DNA from: SAR116 cluster bacterium AG-390-L20
GTDB lineage: Bacteria > Pseudomonadota > Alphaproteobacteria > Puniceispirillales > Marisalimonadaceae
Reading direction: 5' to 3'
NCBI GenBank assembly: GCA_003278095.1
Contig: QCHB01000005.1
Coordinates: 43,977 to 107,976 of the forward strand
DNA: 64,000 nt
Positions within the stretch are counted from its first letter, which is position 1, and every line of letters begins with the position of its first letter. Positions 1-9,702 of the stretch are shown one piece after another. Below the pieces are notes generated by a model. The model searched no databases and had not been told where the DNA came from. It saw only the letters and a program-made list of their open reading frames with translations. The translations under genes and the position numbers were made by a program.

Positions 1-2279
1 CCAAATACTTTTGAGGCAGTATCGGCGTGAATATCTAAATTATCATTAAACGCATCCAACATCTTATTTTCATCTGCAATATGAGCAATCAACCTTAATT
101 CAATTTGAGAATAATCCATTGAAACTAATTTGAAGCCCTGCTTTGGCTCAAAAGCTGTTCTAATTAACCTTCCTTCTTCAGTTCTAATTGGTATATTTTG
201 TAAATTTGGATTTGAAGAAGACAGCCTTCCTGTGCTCGCTCCAACCATAGAATAGTTAGTGTGAACTCTATGAGTTTTTGAGTTTATTTGTTCAACTAAT
301 GCATCCGTGTAAGTGCTTTTAAGTTTAGAAAAATGTCTCCAACTCAAAATAACGTCTCCAATTGCATATCCCATATCAGAAATTTTTTCTAATATTTCAA
401 CACTTGTTTGCCAGGAGCCATTTTTTGAACGTTTGCCACCTTCAATTTTCATCTTATCAAATAAAATTTCTCCTAACTGTTTGGGAGAACCTATATTGAA
501 ATTAGTTTTACTCATTTTGAATATTTGCTCTTCCAATTTATCAATCTGACTTGATAAATTTTTAGAAATTTCATTGAGTTTTTTAGGATTAATGATTATT
601 CCTGTATTTTCCATTTCTAACAATACATTAATCAATGGATTTTCTAGTCTTTTATAAACTGAAAACTTTTTATCATTAATTATTCTTGGTAAAATTCTAT
701 TGTAAATTGATAGAGTTATATCAGCATCTTCAGCCGCGTAATTTAGAGCATCTAAGGGAGACAATTGATTAAATGAAATTTTATTTTTTCCTTTTCCACA
801 AATATCATCATATTTGATGGTATCATGGTTCAATTCACGCAAAGCTAAAGCATCTAATTTGTGACTATCCACTCTTCCTGGATCTACCACATATGAAATA
901 CACATAGTATCACTAACAGGATTTAAATTAATATTACCATTATGTTCTTGTTTCATTACTAATGAATCGTATTTAATGTTATGGCCAATTTTTAAAATTG
1001 AACTATCCTCTAGAAGTGGTTTAATTAAGGAAATTGCATCGTCAAATGGAATTTGTTTAAATAATTTTTCATCGTCAAAAATAAACCCTGACTGATTATT
1101 TTCCAAATTTATTCCATGCCTTAAAGGTATATAACAGGCCTCACCTTCTTCAAATGACAATGATAGACCAACTAAGTTAGCATTTTTAGCATTTAAAGAG
1201 TCCGTTTCACAATCTACAGCAATAGTAGATTTATCATAACATCTATCTAAAAAAAGTTTTAAGTCCGATAAATTTTCAATTAAATAATAATTTTTTGAAA
1301 TGGATTTGAATTCCTGATCATTTTTAATAACATCTAATTTTGAAACTTTTGATTCTTCTTTGATTTCTTCTTTCACAACATTTTCATATTTATTTAATAA
1401 GCTTTTAAATCCGTGGGCTTTTAAAAAAGGAATTAATTTATTAAGTTTCAAAATAGAATTTATTTTGAACTCATCAATTTTTGAATTAACTGGTACATCT
1501 TTTTTTAAGGTTACTAATGATCTAGATAATCTTGCTTGATCAGCATATTCTATTAAATTTTCTCTTCTTTTATTTTGTTTTATTTCAGTTGCTCTGGTTA
1601 ACAGTTGTTCTAAATCACCGTATTGATTTATTAACTCCGCAGCTGTTTTAACACCAATTCCAGGAACTCCAGGTATATTGTCACTGCTGTCACCTGCAAG
1701 TGATTGAACATCGACCACTTTACTTGGATAAACCCCAAATTTTTCAAAAACTTGCTCATCATTAATCCAATATTGTTTCATTGGATCAAATAAAATTGTG
1801 TTATCATCAACTAATTGCATAAGATCTTTGTCACTAGAAATTATGATTACCTTTTTATTTGTTTTTTGGGCAATGTTTGAATATGTTGCTATTAAGTCGT
1901 CAGCTTCAAAACCTTCCATTTCGACAACAGGTAAGCCAATAGCATTAGTTGCTTCTCTAATAATTGAAAATTGGGGGATTAGTTCTTCTGGGGGGTCAGA
2001 TCGATTAGCTTTGTATAAATCATAAATATCATTCCTAAATGTTTTTCTTGCAACGTCAAATATAACAGCTACGTACATCGGTTTAAAATCATCAATCAGC
2101 TTAAGTAACATTTTTGTATAACCAAAAACTGCATTGACAGGCACCCCATTTTCATTTGTCATAGAAGGTAACCCATAAAAAGCTCTAAAAATATACCCTG
2201 AACCATCAATTAAGATTAAATTATTCGGGTCATTGAGTTTTATATCTGGTCTTTTATTGTGTTTTAAATTATCGCTCAT
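1..2279 (-). CDS. polA: DNA polymerase I, partial (C-terminal end lies beyond window start)
   Basis: Absent from the ORF track because the stop is off-window. My translation from ATG at 2279 reads MSDNLKHNKRPDIKLNDPNNLILIDGSGYIFRAFYG (5'-3' exonuclease N-terminus). The frame is still open at base 1, where it reads LDAFNDNLDIHADTASKVFG (polymerase domain). Confidence 0.9.
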   Translation of the reverse strand, partial: MSDNLKHNKRPDIKLNDPNNLILIDGSGYIFRAFYGLPSMTNENGVPVNAVFGYTKMLLKLIDDFKPMYVAVIFDVARKTFRNDIYDLYKANRSDPPEELIPQFSIIREATNAIGLPVVEMEGFEADDLIATYSNIAQKTNKKVIIISSDKDLMQLVDDNTILFDPMKQYWINDEQVFEKFGVYPSKVVDVQSLAGDSSDNIPGVPGIGVKTAAELINQYGDLEQLLTRATEIKQNKRRENLIEYADQARLSRSLVTLKKDVPVNSKIDEFKINSILKLNKLIPFLKAHGFKSLLNKYENVVKEEIKEESKVSKLDVIKNDQEFKSISKNYYLIENLSDLKLFLDRCYDKSTIAVDCETDSLNAKNANLVGLSLSFEEGEACYIPLRHGINLENNQSGFIFDDEKLFKQIPFDDAISLIKPLLEDSSILKIGHNIKYDSLVMKQEHNGNINLNPVSDTMCISYVVDPGRVDSHKLDALALRELNHDTIKYDDICGKGKNKISFNQLSPLDALNYAAEDADITLSIYNRILPRIINDKKFSVYKRLENPLINVLLEMENTGIIINPKKLNEISKNLSSQIDKLEEQIFKMSKTNFNIGSPKQLGEILFDKMKIEGGKRSKNGSWQTSVEILEKISDMGYAIGDVILSWRHFSKLKSTYTDALVEQINSKTHRVHTNYSMVGASTGRLSSSNPNLQNIPIRTEEGRLIRTAFEPKQGFKLVSMDYSQIELRLIAHIADENKMLDAFNDNLDIHADTASKVF

Positions 2280-2415
2280 TTAAGATTATTTTATAAAAAA
2301 AATTACAGTTATTTTATTGATATTATATCATATATAAATTGATGTAATTGTCATTAAATCATAAAGATCTGATATTTTTTTTTAAATATGAGGAAAATAA
2401 TTAGAAAGTTTATAA

Positions 2416-3384
2416 ATGAATAAAAATTATTGGGAAGTTCCAGATAATAAATTAGCCTTAGAAATTAAAAATCTTAATAAATTCTATGATGGAGAAACAA
2501 AAAATATTGCATTAAACAATGTATCTCTAAATATTCCAGCTGGAAGTATTTTTGGTCTTTTGGGCCCTAATGGTGCAGGTAAATCAACTCTGATAAATAT
2601 TATTTCTGGAGCGGTAATTAAAAGTTCTGGCAAGGTAATTGTTTGGGGTTATGATATTGATAAAAACAGAAAACAATCAAAACTAGCAATAGGTGTTGTT
2701 CCACAAGAGTTAAATGTTGATGCTTTTTTTACTCCTCAAGAAACTTTAAATTTACATTCTGGAATGTTTAATGTTCCAAAAAAATCTTGGCGGACAGATG
2801 AATTATTAAAGTTAATGGATTTAAGTAATAAAGCTAAGAGTTATAGTCGAACGTTATCTGGTGGAATGAGAAGAAGATTACTAGTGGCTAAAGCAATGGT
2901 ACATTCACCTCCAATTGTTATACTAGACGAGCCTACTGCAGGGGTAGATGTAGAGTTGAGACAAAAATTATGGAAATATTTTAAAAAATTGAATGAACAG
3001 GGTGTTACTATAATATTAACTACGCACTATCTAGAAGAGGCAGAAAATTTGTGTGACCACATAGCTATTATTAGTAAAGGTGAAATTGTTGCAAATGAAA
3101 CTACAAATTCTCTTCTTACAAAATCAAACAAAAAAATTATTAAAATTACATTAAGTGAAAATGAGATTTCGACAAAAGATAAAAATTTTCTTAAAAATAT
3201 TGGACATATAATAATTCATGAAAATAAAGTGCAATTGCACTTTAATCCTAATAAAATATCTACGAAAAAAATTATTGAGACCTTATATAAATCGAAGTTG
3301 AATATAGTAGATTTATCTACGAAAGATGTAAGTCTTGAAGATATTTTCATTGATATAACAAGAGAAAACAATAGTAAAATATAA
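2416..3384 (+). CDS. ABC transporter ATP-binding protein
   Basis: Walker A GPNGAGKST, ABC signature LSGGMRRR, Walker B ILDEPTAGVD. Confidence 0.9.
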   Translation: MNKNYWEVPDNKLALEIKNLNKFYDGETKNIALNNVSLNIPAGSIFGLLGPNGAGKSTLINIISGAVIKSSGKVIVWGYDIDKNRKQSKLAIGVVPQELNVDAFFTPQETLNLHSGMFNVPKKSWRTDELLKLMDLSNKAKSYSRTLSGGMRRRLLVAKAMVHSPPIVILDEPTAGVDVELRQKLWKYFKKLNEQGVTIILTTHYLEEAENLCDHIAIISKGEIVANETTNSLLTKSNKKIIKITLSENEISTKDKNFLKNIGHIIIHENKVQLHFNPNKISTKKIIETLYKSKLNIVDLSTKDVSLEDIFIDITRENNSKI

Positions 3385-3639
3385 ATGATATGGTTTGTTT
3401 ATATGTTAAGATGTAGAGATAATTCAATCTATACTGGCATAACTAATAACTTAGACAAACGAATTGGAGCACATATGTCTGGAAATGGCTCCAAATATGT
3501 TAGAGGAAGATTACCTGTGCAATTGATTTATAAAGAAGATTTTTCAAATAGAAGTAGCGCTAGTAAAAGAGAAATAGAAGTTAAAAAACTAAACAAAAAA
3601 GAAAAAGAATTATTAATAAATTCTGCTAAACAACTTTAA
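3385..3639 (+). CDS. GIY-YIG nuclease superfamily small protein (UPF0213-like)
   Basis: 84 aa; VYMLRC..SIYTGITNNLDKRIGAH and KREIEVKK resemble the GIY-YIG fold; start abuts upstream stop (TAAATG). Confidence 0.75.
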   Translation: MIWFVYMLRCRDNSIYTGITNNLDKRIGAHMSGNGSKYVRGRLPVQLIYKEDFSNRSSASKREIEVKKLNKKEKELLINSAKQL

Positions 3640-3649
3640 AGGAGAAAAT

Positions 3650-3994
3650 ATGTCTAAATCAAAATATATTTTTATAGTTTCTATGAATGTAAAGTCTGAG
3701 TTTGAAAGTCTGTTTAATGAAGTGTACGACAAGGAACACATACCTTATTTATTGGAAGTACCAGGAGTTAATAAAGTCACAAGAGGTCAAGGCGTTCCTT
3801 TTATGTTCTCTATTGGAGGTGAAACTAAGTCAATGGATGCTCCAAGTCAAAAGTTTGTGGCAATGTATGAAATAGAAAATCCAGACGTAGTTAACAGTAG
3901 TGAATGGTCTGTAGCCGTAGAAAAAGGACGATGGAGTACTCACGTAAGGCAACATACAAGCGAAAGATCTCATTTTATGTACAAATACTGTTAA
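3650..3994 (+). CDS. hypothetical small protein, possibly ferredoxin-like alpha+beta fold
   Basis: 114-aa ORF with GGAG RBS upstream; fold assignment is only a guess from the sequence pattern. Confidence 0.5.
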   Translation: MSKSKYIFIVSMNVKSEFESLFNEVYDKEHIPYLLEVPGVNKVTRGQGVPFMFSIGGETKSMDAPSQKFVAMYEIENPDVVNSSEWSVAVEKGRWSTHVRQHTSERSHFMYKYC

Positions 3995-4089
3995 CCTTTA
4001 AAGTATAACAATTAAAATTTATTTTTTGACTTTTTCAAAGATATTAGTTCATACTAATTTTACTTATTTATACTTTGGGGGGTGTAGAG

Positions 4090-4320
4090 ATGACAAATAT
4101 AATTGAAACAAAGTTTGGAACCTTAGTTAATACAAGTAAAATTGCTGCAGGTAGCGCGTCTAGCATAAAAAAAACTGGAGCTTTTTATAATTTTTCTATC
4201 AGAGTTAGCCAAGATGATATTCGTGAGTACTCCTTTACAGACTTGGCCAGAGCTGAATATATGAGAAGAATTATGATAGGTCATCTGGAAGAAAAAATTA
4301 AAAAAGAGTCTAAAGGCTAA
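4090..4320 (+). CDS. hypothetical protein
   Basis: ORF track 4075..4320; I prefer the internal ATG at 4090 (MTNIIETK) preceded by a G-rich RBS; no recognisable motif. Confidence 0.4.
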   Translation: MTNIIETKFGTLVNTSKIAAGSASSIKKTGAFYNFSIRVSQDDIREYSFTDLARAEYMRRIMIGHLEEKIKKESKG

Positions 4321-4606
4321 TACATTATATATTGTATAATGCAAATACTTAATTTTATTTAATAACTCATTATAATAAATTATTATTATTAAAGATATTT
4401 TAGTTGATAGATATATGTCAGCTTTTCAAGCTTATACATATTGTTGAATTATGAAACATTCATATAAAATGATTAATTTTTAATAACACAGATAGTTTCT
4501 GCATAAATAAATTACATAAACCCAATTTGTATTGAAAAAAACTTTGAGATACTTCAAGTTTTGTTCAATATAATTTTAACCATGGGGGAAATCATGGAGA
4601 ATAAAT

Positions 4607-4819
4607 ATGTTTTTTGCAGTTATGTTAGTATGTTCGCCAATGAACTTAATCCACCACGAAAAAGAATGTTTTGGGATTGAGGATACTAAAGGTTATTATT
4701 CAACAGAGGCTAAATGTAATAAAAGAATAAATGAAATGGAAAATGAGTTGTTACACGTTATAAATTATCCAGCAGTTATTAGTAAGAATTGCATTAAAGT
4801 TAAATTAGAATCTGTATAG
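4607..4819 (+). CDS. hypothetical small protein with hydrophobic N-terminus
   Basis: 70-aa ORF, GGAGAA RBS upstream, N-terminal MFFAVMLVCSP signal-like segment. Confidence 0.35.
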   Translation: MFFAVMLVCSPMNLIHHEKECFGIEDTKGYYSTEAKCNKRINEMENELLHVINYPAVISKNCIKVKLESV

Positions 4820-5086
4820 CTTAACTAAAACAATTAAGAATTTTTATTAAATTCATTAGATAAACTCTTTTAAAATTATTAGTTTTGACAAACATTTATC
4901 GTTGTGTGCATAACCTTGCAAATGAGATACATTATAATTTATTATTTTCAACTAAACCAATTATCATATTCTAGATAAGTTACAATAATTGCTAAAATAA
5001 TATATGCACTAGCATACCATTTAAAAATATAGGGGTGTGGTTTTCCATTTTTTTTCAATTTGTGTCCTTTTAAAAAAATATTGTTA

Positions 5087-5290
5087 TTAAAATATGTACC
5101 CTATGCCAAGGCTAAGCAGCCAAAAAAAACCAAACAAAAAATGTAAAAAAATAGAAAAATAAATTGCTTTTAAAAACTTGTTTTTACCATTATCCCACCA
5201 ACTAACAAATATATATATAAACTTTGAAAATTTATTCTCTCCGTCATTCCACCAATTAGTGAATTTTTTTTCTGTCAGTTTTCTGTTCAT
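5087..5290 (-). CDS. hypothetical small membrane protein with internal repeat
   Basis: 67 aa; repeated unit FTNWWNDGENKFSKFIY / FVSWWDNGKNKFLKAIY followed by a hydrophobic tail. Confidence 0.4.
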   Translation of the reverse strand: MNRKLTEKKFTNWWNDGENKFSKFIYIFVSWWDNGKNKFLKAIYFSIFLHFLFGFFWLLSLGIGYIF

Positions 5291-5630
5291 AAGTCATTTT
5301 AGGACAAGCAATAAATATTTTCAATTTTTAAAATTTGAAGTATGGTATGACTTATATGTTAATTTAATTTTATTAAAAAATAAATCGTAACATTAGTGTA
5401 TAATTATACTTTAAAGTTTTAATCATCAATAAGAACATATATCATTTTATTTAACTATAAATTGGTACCCCATATTTGGATTGGTAAGTATAGAAGGGCT
5501 AATAAAAAAGAAAATATAACCCTTTAACAAAATAAAAAATGTTACAACACATAAAAATATTTTTAGTTCTTTTCTCATAATTAATACTTAACATGTATTA
5601 ATCAATTTTAATAATAGATTATTATTTTCA

Positions 5631-5999
5631 TTATTTACATTCATCAGATGCCACCCACTCTGGCAAAGGTTCACCTCCGGTGTAATGATTATGTGCCGGT
5701 GTTTCTCTAAACAGACAATATACATCTTCTTTAGTAATATTTAGTGTTTCTTTGAGAACTTCAGATATACCGTCAACAAGAGCTTTTTTTCTTCTCGCAT
5801 CTCTCCCGGGTCTCAAATCCACATCAATAACTGGAAGACCATCACCTATAAAACCAAAAGCCTCTCTAATAGAAACATAGTCATATTTAACTTCTTTAGG
5901 AGCTAATGTTTTTAATACAACTTCTCTTACTTTGCTGTGTATTTGTTTTTTAATATCTTTAGAAATACCTTCAGGAACATCTATTCTTATTAATGGCAT
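5631..5999 (-). CDS. tautomerase family protein (4-oxalocrotonate tautomerase-like, long form)
   Basis: Starts MPLIRIDV (Pro-1 after Met removal), typical of the tautomerase superfamily; GGAG RBS upstream. Confidence 0.65.
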   Translation of the reverse strand: MPLIRIDVPEGISKDIKKQIHSKVREVVLKTLAPKEVKYDYVSIREAFGFIGDGLPVIDVDLRPGRDARRKKALVDGISEVLKETLNITKEDVYCLFRETPAHNHYTGGEPLPEWVASDECK

Positions 6000-6194
6000 T
6001 TTATCTCCTATAACTATTTTTAAATATTAAGTAGGAATATACTAATCTAACCAGATATTATCCATAAAGTATTATCCATTTAGTTTATGCATCTAGTAAT
6101 AAAGCAGAGTTATTGTAATCAAAATTATTGGTACATGATTAGTGCTCAACATGTTTATGTAAGTCTATGTAATTCAGAAAGAATGAAGTTATTT

Positions 6195-6980
6195 TTATTT
6201 AAAAATTGCTGAAATGTTTCCAAACAAACTAGAGTTAACCTCTATCAGTTTTTTATCAACTATTGGAATTGGAGGACCATATGCCCCTGTCAAAATAAGA
6301 TCCCCTTTTTTTATTTGATTATTCATCTTAGCTTGTTCAATAACAAACCACTCAACCGCTGATAACATGTCAATAGGCCATATTTTATTTGTCCATTTAT
6401 CTATTATGATTTTATCATAAATCAATTTTAGGTCAGTAATTTCTCCAAATTCTGGTTTGTCTATTCCAAGACCACAAACCACGCCGGCATTTATTGCATT
6501 GTTTGAAATATGTTCTGCACCATAGGGTTTATCACCATAAAATATTAGATTATGTATTTCAATTATTGGGTGAATTGTGTCAATTGAAGCTAATATATAT
6601 TCAAAACTAACTTCTTTAGGATGTAAATCACGATTGAATCTTATACCAAATTCAGCTTCCATTGCTGGATTTGAATAATTTTCTTTATTTAATTTTATTC
6701 CATTTGAATGAAGTTCACTTTCCCATAAACGTCCCCAAGCTGGATAGGAAAAACCGTATTTTTTTTGTGTTTGTTTTGAAATACTACCAATTTTGTAACC
6801 AATTACTTTTTCACCTCTTTTGATTCTGAGATCAGTTAGTATTGATTGAATTTTATAAGCATCTGAGATACTAATCTTGATATTTTTATTTTTAAACAAA
6901 GCACTATGATTTTTCGCATCGTAATCGTTTAAAATTTTCTGGGCATGGCTCTCTAATTTATTTTGAGTTAATTCATTCAT
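6195..6980 (-). CDS. 2-keto-4-pentenoate hydratase / FAH-fold hydratase-decarboxylase family
   Basis: 261 aa; GYKIG motif and overall MhpD/HpcG-like pattern; adjacent to the tautomerase gene. Confidence 0.65.
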   Translation of the reverse strand: MNELTQNKLESHAQKILNDYDAKNHSALFKNKNIKISISDAYKIQSILTDLRIKRGEKVIGYKIGSISKQTQKKYGFSYPAWGRLWESELHSNGIKLNKENYSNPAMEAEFGIRFNRDLHPKEVSFEYILASIDTIHPIIEIHNLIFYGDKPYGAEHISNNAINAGVVCGLGIDKPEFGEITDLKLIYDKIIIDKWTNKIWPIDMLSAVEWFVIEQAKMNNQIKKGDLILTGAYGPPIPIVDKKLIEVNSSLFGNISAIFK

Positions 6981-7247
6981 ATTGTATTTTTATTTAATTA
7001 AATATTGTGCCTAACTCAACATTAAGAGTATTATGAATTTAGTATAGAATAAACGTATATCTCATTAATAAAATAACTAACTTATATGATCAGTTATGTT
7101 ATGATGAGAATTATTTATACCAGAAGAATATATTTTTTAGTTTTCAATAATATAATCCAAAATAGTAATTGCTTTGCTTAAAGCTAATTTAGACATCATT
7201 AAAAAATTTTTAAGGATAAAGTATAGACGTCCAACAAACAAAATATT

Positions 7248-7997
7248 TTATAAATTTTTGATCAATAATGAAAAACCAATAACAATTAAAATCATTAAAA
7301 TAGTTTTTCTAAATATTATGTTAGATAATTTCATCCTAATTTTAGTTCCTAAATACTGTCCTAACAAAGCTGGTGCAGTAATGATCAGACTCACCAACAA
7401 ATCATAAAAGTTACCTAAACCATGAAAAATAAGGGATGAATATAATGGTATAGAAGCTAAGAAATACATTGTTGCTGTAGTTCTTATAAAATTCTCTTTT
7501 GCTAAATTTAATGAGACTAAAAAGGTAATTATAGGCGGTGCGTAGAAGGTAGACACCCCCCCCAGAATACCTGAAAAAAAACCAATAAAGATTGATATTA
7601 TTTTCTCATATTTTGGTTTAAGCCAATTTAGATTTAATCCTAAAAAGTTTAAACCCGTAAAAATAATAATTGTCAACGCAATTATTATTGAAATTGTTTT
7701 CAAATTTAAACTTAATATTAGTTTTCCACCGATAAGTATACCTAAAAAAAGTGTTATAAACATTGGAAAAAACCTATAACTGCTTATTCCTCTTTTGATA
7801 TCCATTTGGATGAAGTTTGTTATAATAACTGGAAAGCATAAAAACATCATTGCTTTAGTAGGTGGCAAAATAAAAGCTATCAATGGAACTGAAAACATAG
7901 ACATTCCAATACCAACCGATCCTTTAACTATTCCTCCAAAAAATACAGAGCACAAAATTACAGAAAAAGTAATAGTTTCAAAATATTCTAAAAACAT
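7248..7997 (-). CDS. TauE/SafE (TSUP) family anion exporter membrane protein
   Basis: 249 aa, about 8 hydrophobic helices, GGIVKGSVGIG and GILGGVS glycine motifs typical of DUF81/TSUP. Confidence 0.75.
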   Translation of the reverse strand: MFLEYFETITFSVILCSVFFGGIVKGSVGIGMSMFSVPLIAFILPPTKAMMFLCFPVIITNFIQMDIKRGISSYRFFPMFITLFLGILIGGKLILSLNLKTISIIIALTIIIFTGLNFLGLNLNWLKPKYEKIISIFIGFFSGILGGVSTFYAPPIITFLVSLNLAKENFIRTTATMYFLASIPLYSSLIFHGLGNFYDLLVSLIITAPALLGQYLGTKIRMKLSNIIFRKTILMILIVIGFSLLIKNL

Positions 7998-8025
7998 ACT
8001 TTTATATTAAGTGGAATGATCACGC

Positions 8026-8037
8026 CTCGTAAAGTGA
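8026..8037. repeat. orphan CCTCGTAAAGTG box (5' box of type-A repeats) at the distal edge of the cassette array
   Basis: cctcgtaaagtg matches the start of A1 (tctcgtaaagtg), A3 (cctcgtaaagta) and A4 (cttcgtgaagtg), but the rest of the repeat is absent. Confidence 0.5.
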
Positions 8038-8073
8038 ATTGAGAAAGACCTTATTTTTATTATTTATTAATTT

Positions 8074-8412
8074 TTAAAAACCAGAGTATTTAACATTTTC
8101 AAAAAGATTAAAATCACTCTGAGTTGACATTCTTCCTTGAGTTTCACCTCCAACTATTGTCATTGTGGCTCCCATTTCTGTGATCTGTTTTTTTAAATCT
8201 GAATATTCACCTGCTTGTTTAAAAGATTTATCCCATTCTTTTTTTGACTTCCAAACAGTTAAAAATTGAAAAGAGATATCTGAAATATCAATAAATAATG
8301 AAAAATTTAAACCATCTTTAAATAAAGAATCTGTATAATTTATACAAAAAAATTTAAAAGAGTCCCTTGAAACCTTGTTTACAAATTTAAAAACATGGGT
8401 TCTCGTATACAT
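8074..8412 (-). CDS. hypothetical small protein, family 2 (paralog of 8752..9075)
   Basis: FLTVWKSKKEWDKSF..ITEMGATMTIVGGET aligns with MFHLWKDKSSLIKTR..IKEMGGIVSKSEGET of the neighbour; possible ABM-like alpha+beta barrel. Confidence 0.5.
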   Translation of the reverse strand: MYTRTHVFKFVNKVSRDSFKFFCINYTDSLFKDGLNFSLFIDISDISFQFLTVWKSKKEWDKSFKQAGEYSDLKKQITEMGATMTIVGGETQGRMSTQSDFNLFENVKYSGF

Positions 8413-8470
8413 ATTTTTTCCTTTTTTCTCATTTTTAATTTTTTAAATATAATTTAATGAAATTAGATTA

Positions 8471-8752
8471 TCAATCTAAACAGTACTTAATTGGTCCCTC
8501 AAATGACCTTATTTTTAAGTTAGTTTTCAATTCATTAATTTCTAGATTATTCATGATTTTTATTCTATCTGTAGATTTCTTATCTTTAAATCTAGCAACA
8601 ACAAACGCTGACATATCATTTACTCTGAAAACTTTTGCAGACTTTTGACCCTATTCAAAATTTTTTGGAAAATGAGTAATTCTTAAATAATCTAAAAAAA
8701 TATTTAATTGAAGTTTAGTTGGAGCTGTTATTTCTACAATTCTAACGTACAT
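8471..8752 (-). pseudogene. small ORF interrupted by an in-frame TAG (8651-8653)
   Basis: My translation: MYVRIVEITAPTKLQLNIFLDYLRITHFPKNFE*GQKSAKVFRVNDMSAFVVARFKDKKSTDRIKIMNNLEINELKTNLKIRSFEGPIKYCLD*. Its ATG overlaps the TGA of the upstream ORF (TGATG at 8750-8754). Confidence 0.45.
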
Positions 8753-9075
8753 CACTTAACCTGTACATTAGCATTATTTATTAGTTTTGACATTTCAACT
8801 ACCGTTTCACCCTCTGATTTACTTACTATTCCTCCCATTTCTTTTATATCATTCCAAAACTTATTGGAAAACTTTGTTCTTGTTTTTATTAAAGATGATT
8901 TATCTTTCCATAAATGAAACATATCTATTTGAGTATCTGATACTTCCGTGAAGCACCTAATTAACAAGCCTCCACTTTCATTAAACAACTCTTCACTCAT
9001 ATTTTTGAGGGACATAACTATAGAATCTTTGGCTAATTTATTTTGTAATTTTACAGTAACTGTTATTCCATACAT
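8752..9075 (-). CDS. hypothetical small protein, family 2
   Basis: 107 aa, paralogous to 8074..8412 (see that entry). Confidence 0.5.
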   Translation of the reverse strand: MYGITVTVKLQNKLAKDSIVMSLKNMSEELFNESGGLLIRCFTEVSDTQIDMFHLWKDKSSLIKTRTKFSNKFWNDIKEMGGIVSKSEGETVVEMSKLINNANVQVK

Positions 9076-9112
9076 ATTTTAAATTCCATAAGCATTTTGA
9101 TACTGACATATT

Positions 9113-9244
9113 TTAATCAAATCGAACATATCTCGTAAAGTGTTAAACATTTTAATGTCTAATATAAAGTCTTTCAGAAAGGCTAATGCAATCGAAGTAA
9201 TAGTTTTAGTTGTTGTCGCTAAGTAAGGCTGTATGAGCCAGGAG
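9113..9244. repeat. type-A structured repeat, copy A1 (most diverged)
   Basis: tctcgtaaagtgttaaacattttaatgtctaatataaagtct...ggctaatgcaatcgaag...aggctgtatgagccagga aligns with A2-A5; abuts the stop of ORF 9245..9583. Confidence 0.7.
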
Positions 9245-9583
9245 TTAGACTCTCAAATCCTGAAGAACAATGTTTCTACTTGCCTCTATAACAGGGTCTG
9301 CGGCTTGAAGTTCTTTCATAATGTTTTTGGTAAAATTTTCTAATTCATTTTGAGATTGTTTAAATGAAGTTGGACTTTCATACTCAAACAAAATAGATAT
9401 TTTAAATGTTCCCTTCATATTCCATATTTGATTAAGACAAAATCTTGTACATCCTTTTTTTTTAAGTTTGTCAAACAATGCTGTACCATTATCTTCCCAA
9501 ATTCTTCTAAAAAGAAGCATTTGCGCTTCTGTCTTGAAAGTAAAAGTATTGTAAGTCATTAAATTTGCTTTTGTATCCAACAT
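9245..9583 (-). CDS. hypothetical small protein, family 1 (WN-x-G...FEY motif), diverged member
   Basis: KKKGCTRFCLNQIWNMKGTFKISILFEYESPTSFKQSQ aligns with the other three members. Confidence 0.55.
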   Translation of the reverse strand: MLDTKANLMTYNTFTFKTEAQMLLFRRIWEDNGTALFDKLKKKGCTRFCLNQIWNMKGTFKISILFEYESPTSFKQSQNELENFTKNIMKELQAADPVIEASRNIVLQDLRV

Positions 9584-9702
9584 AAACTCCTAGTCTGCAA
9601 AAATTTATAATAAATTAAGGTATCAATCAAACCTATCTATGTTAAGTAAAAAGGAACCAAAACTTTAACACTTTGTTTCATCGTTTTGATTAAAGATAAT
9701 AA

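Noticed and set aside
313-2025. Plus-strand ORFs 313..549 and 1798..2025
   Set aside because: They are antisense to the continuous polA reading frame.
7174-8010. Plus-strand ORFs 7174..7407 and 7795..8010
   Set aside because: They are antisense to the TauE/SafE membrane protein gene and have no RBS or motif.
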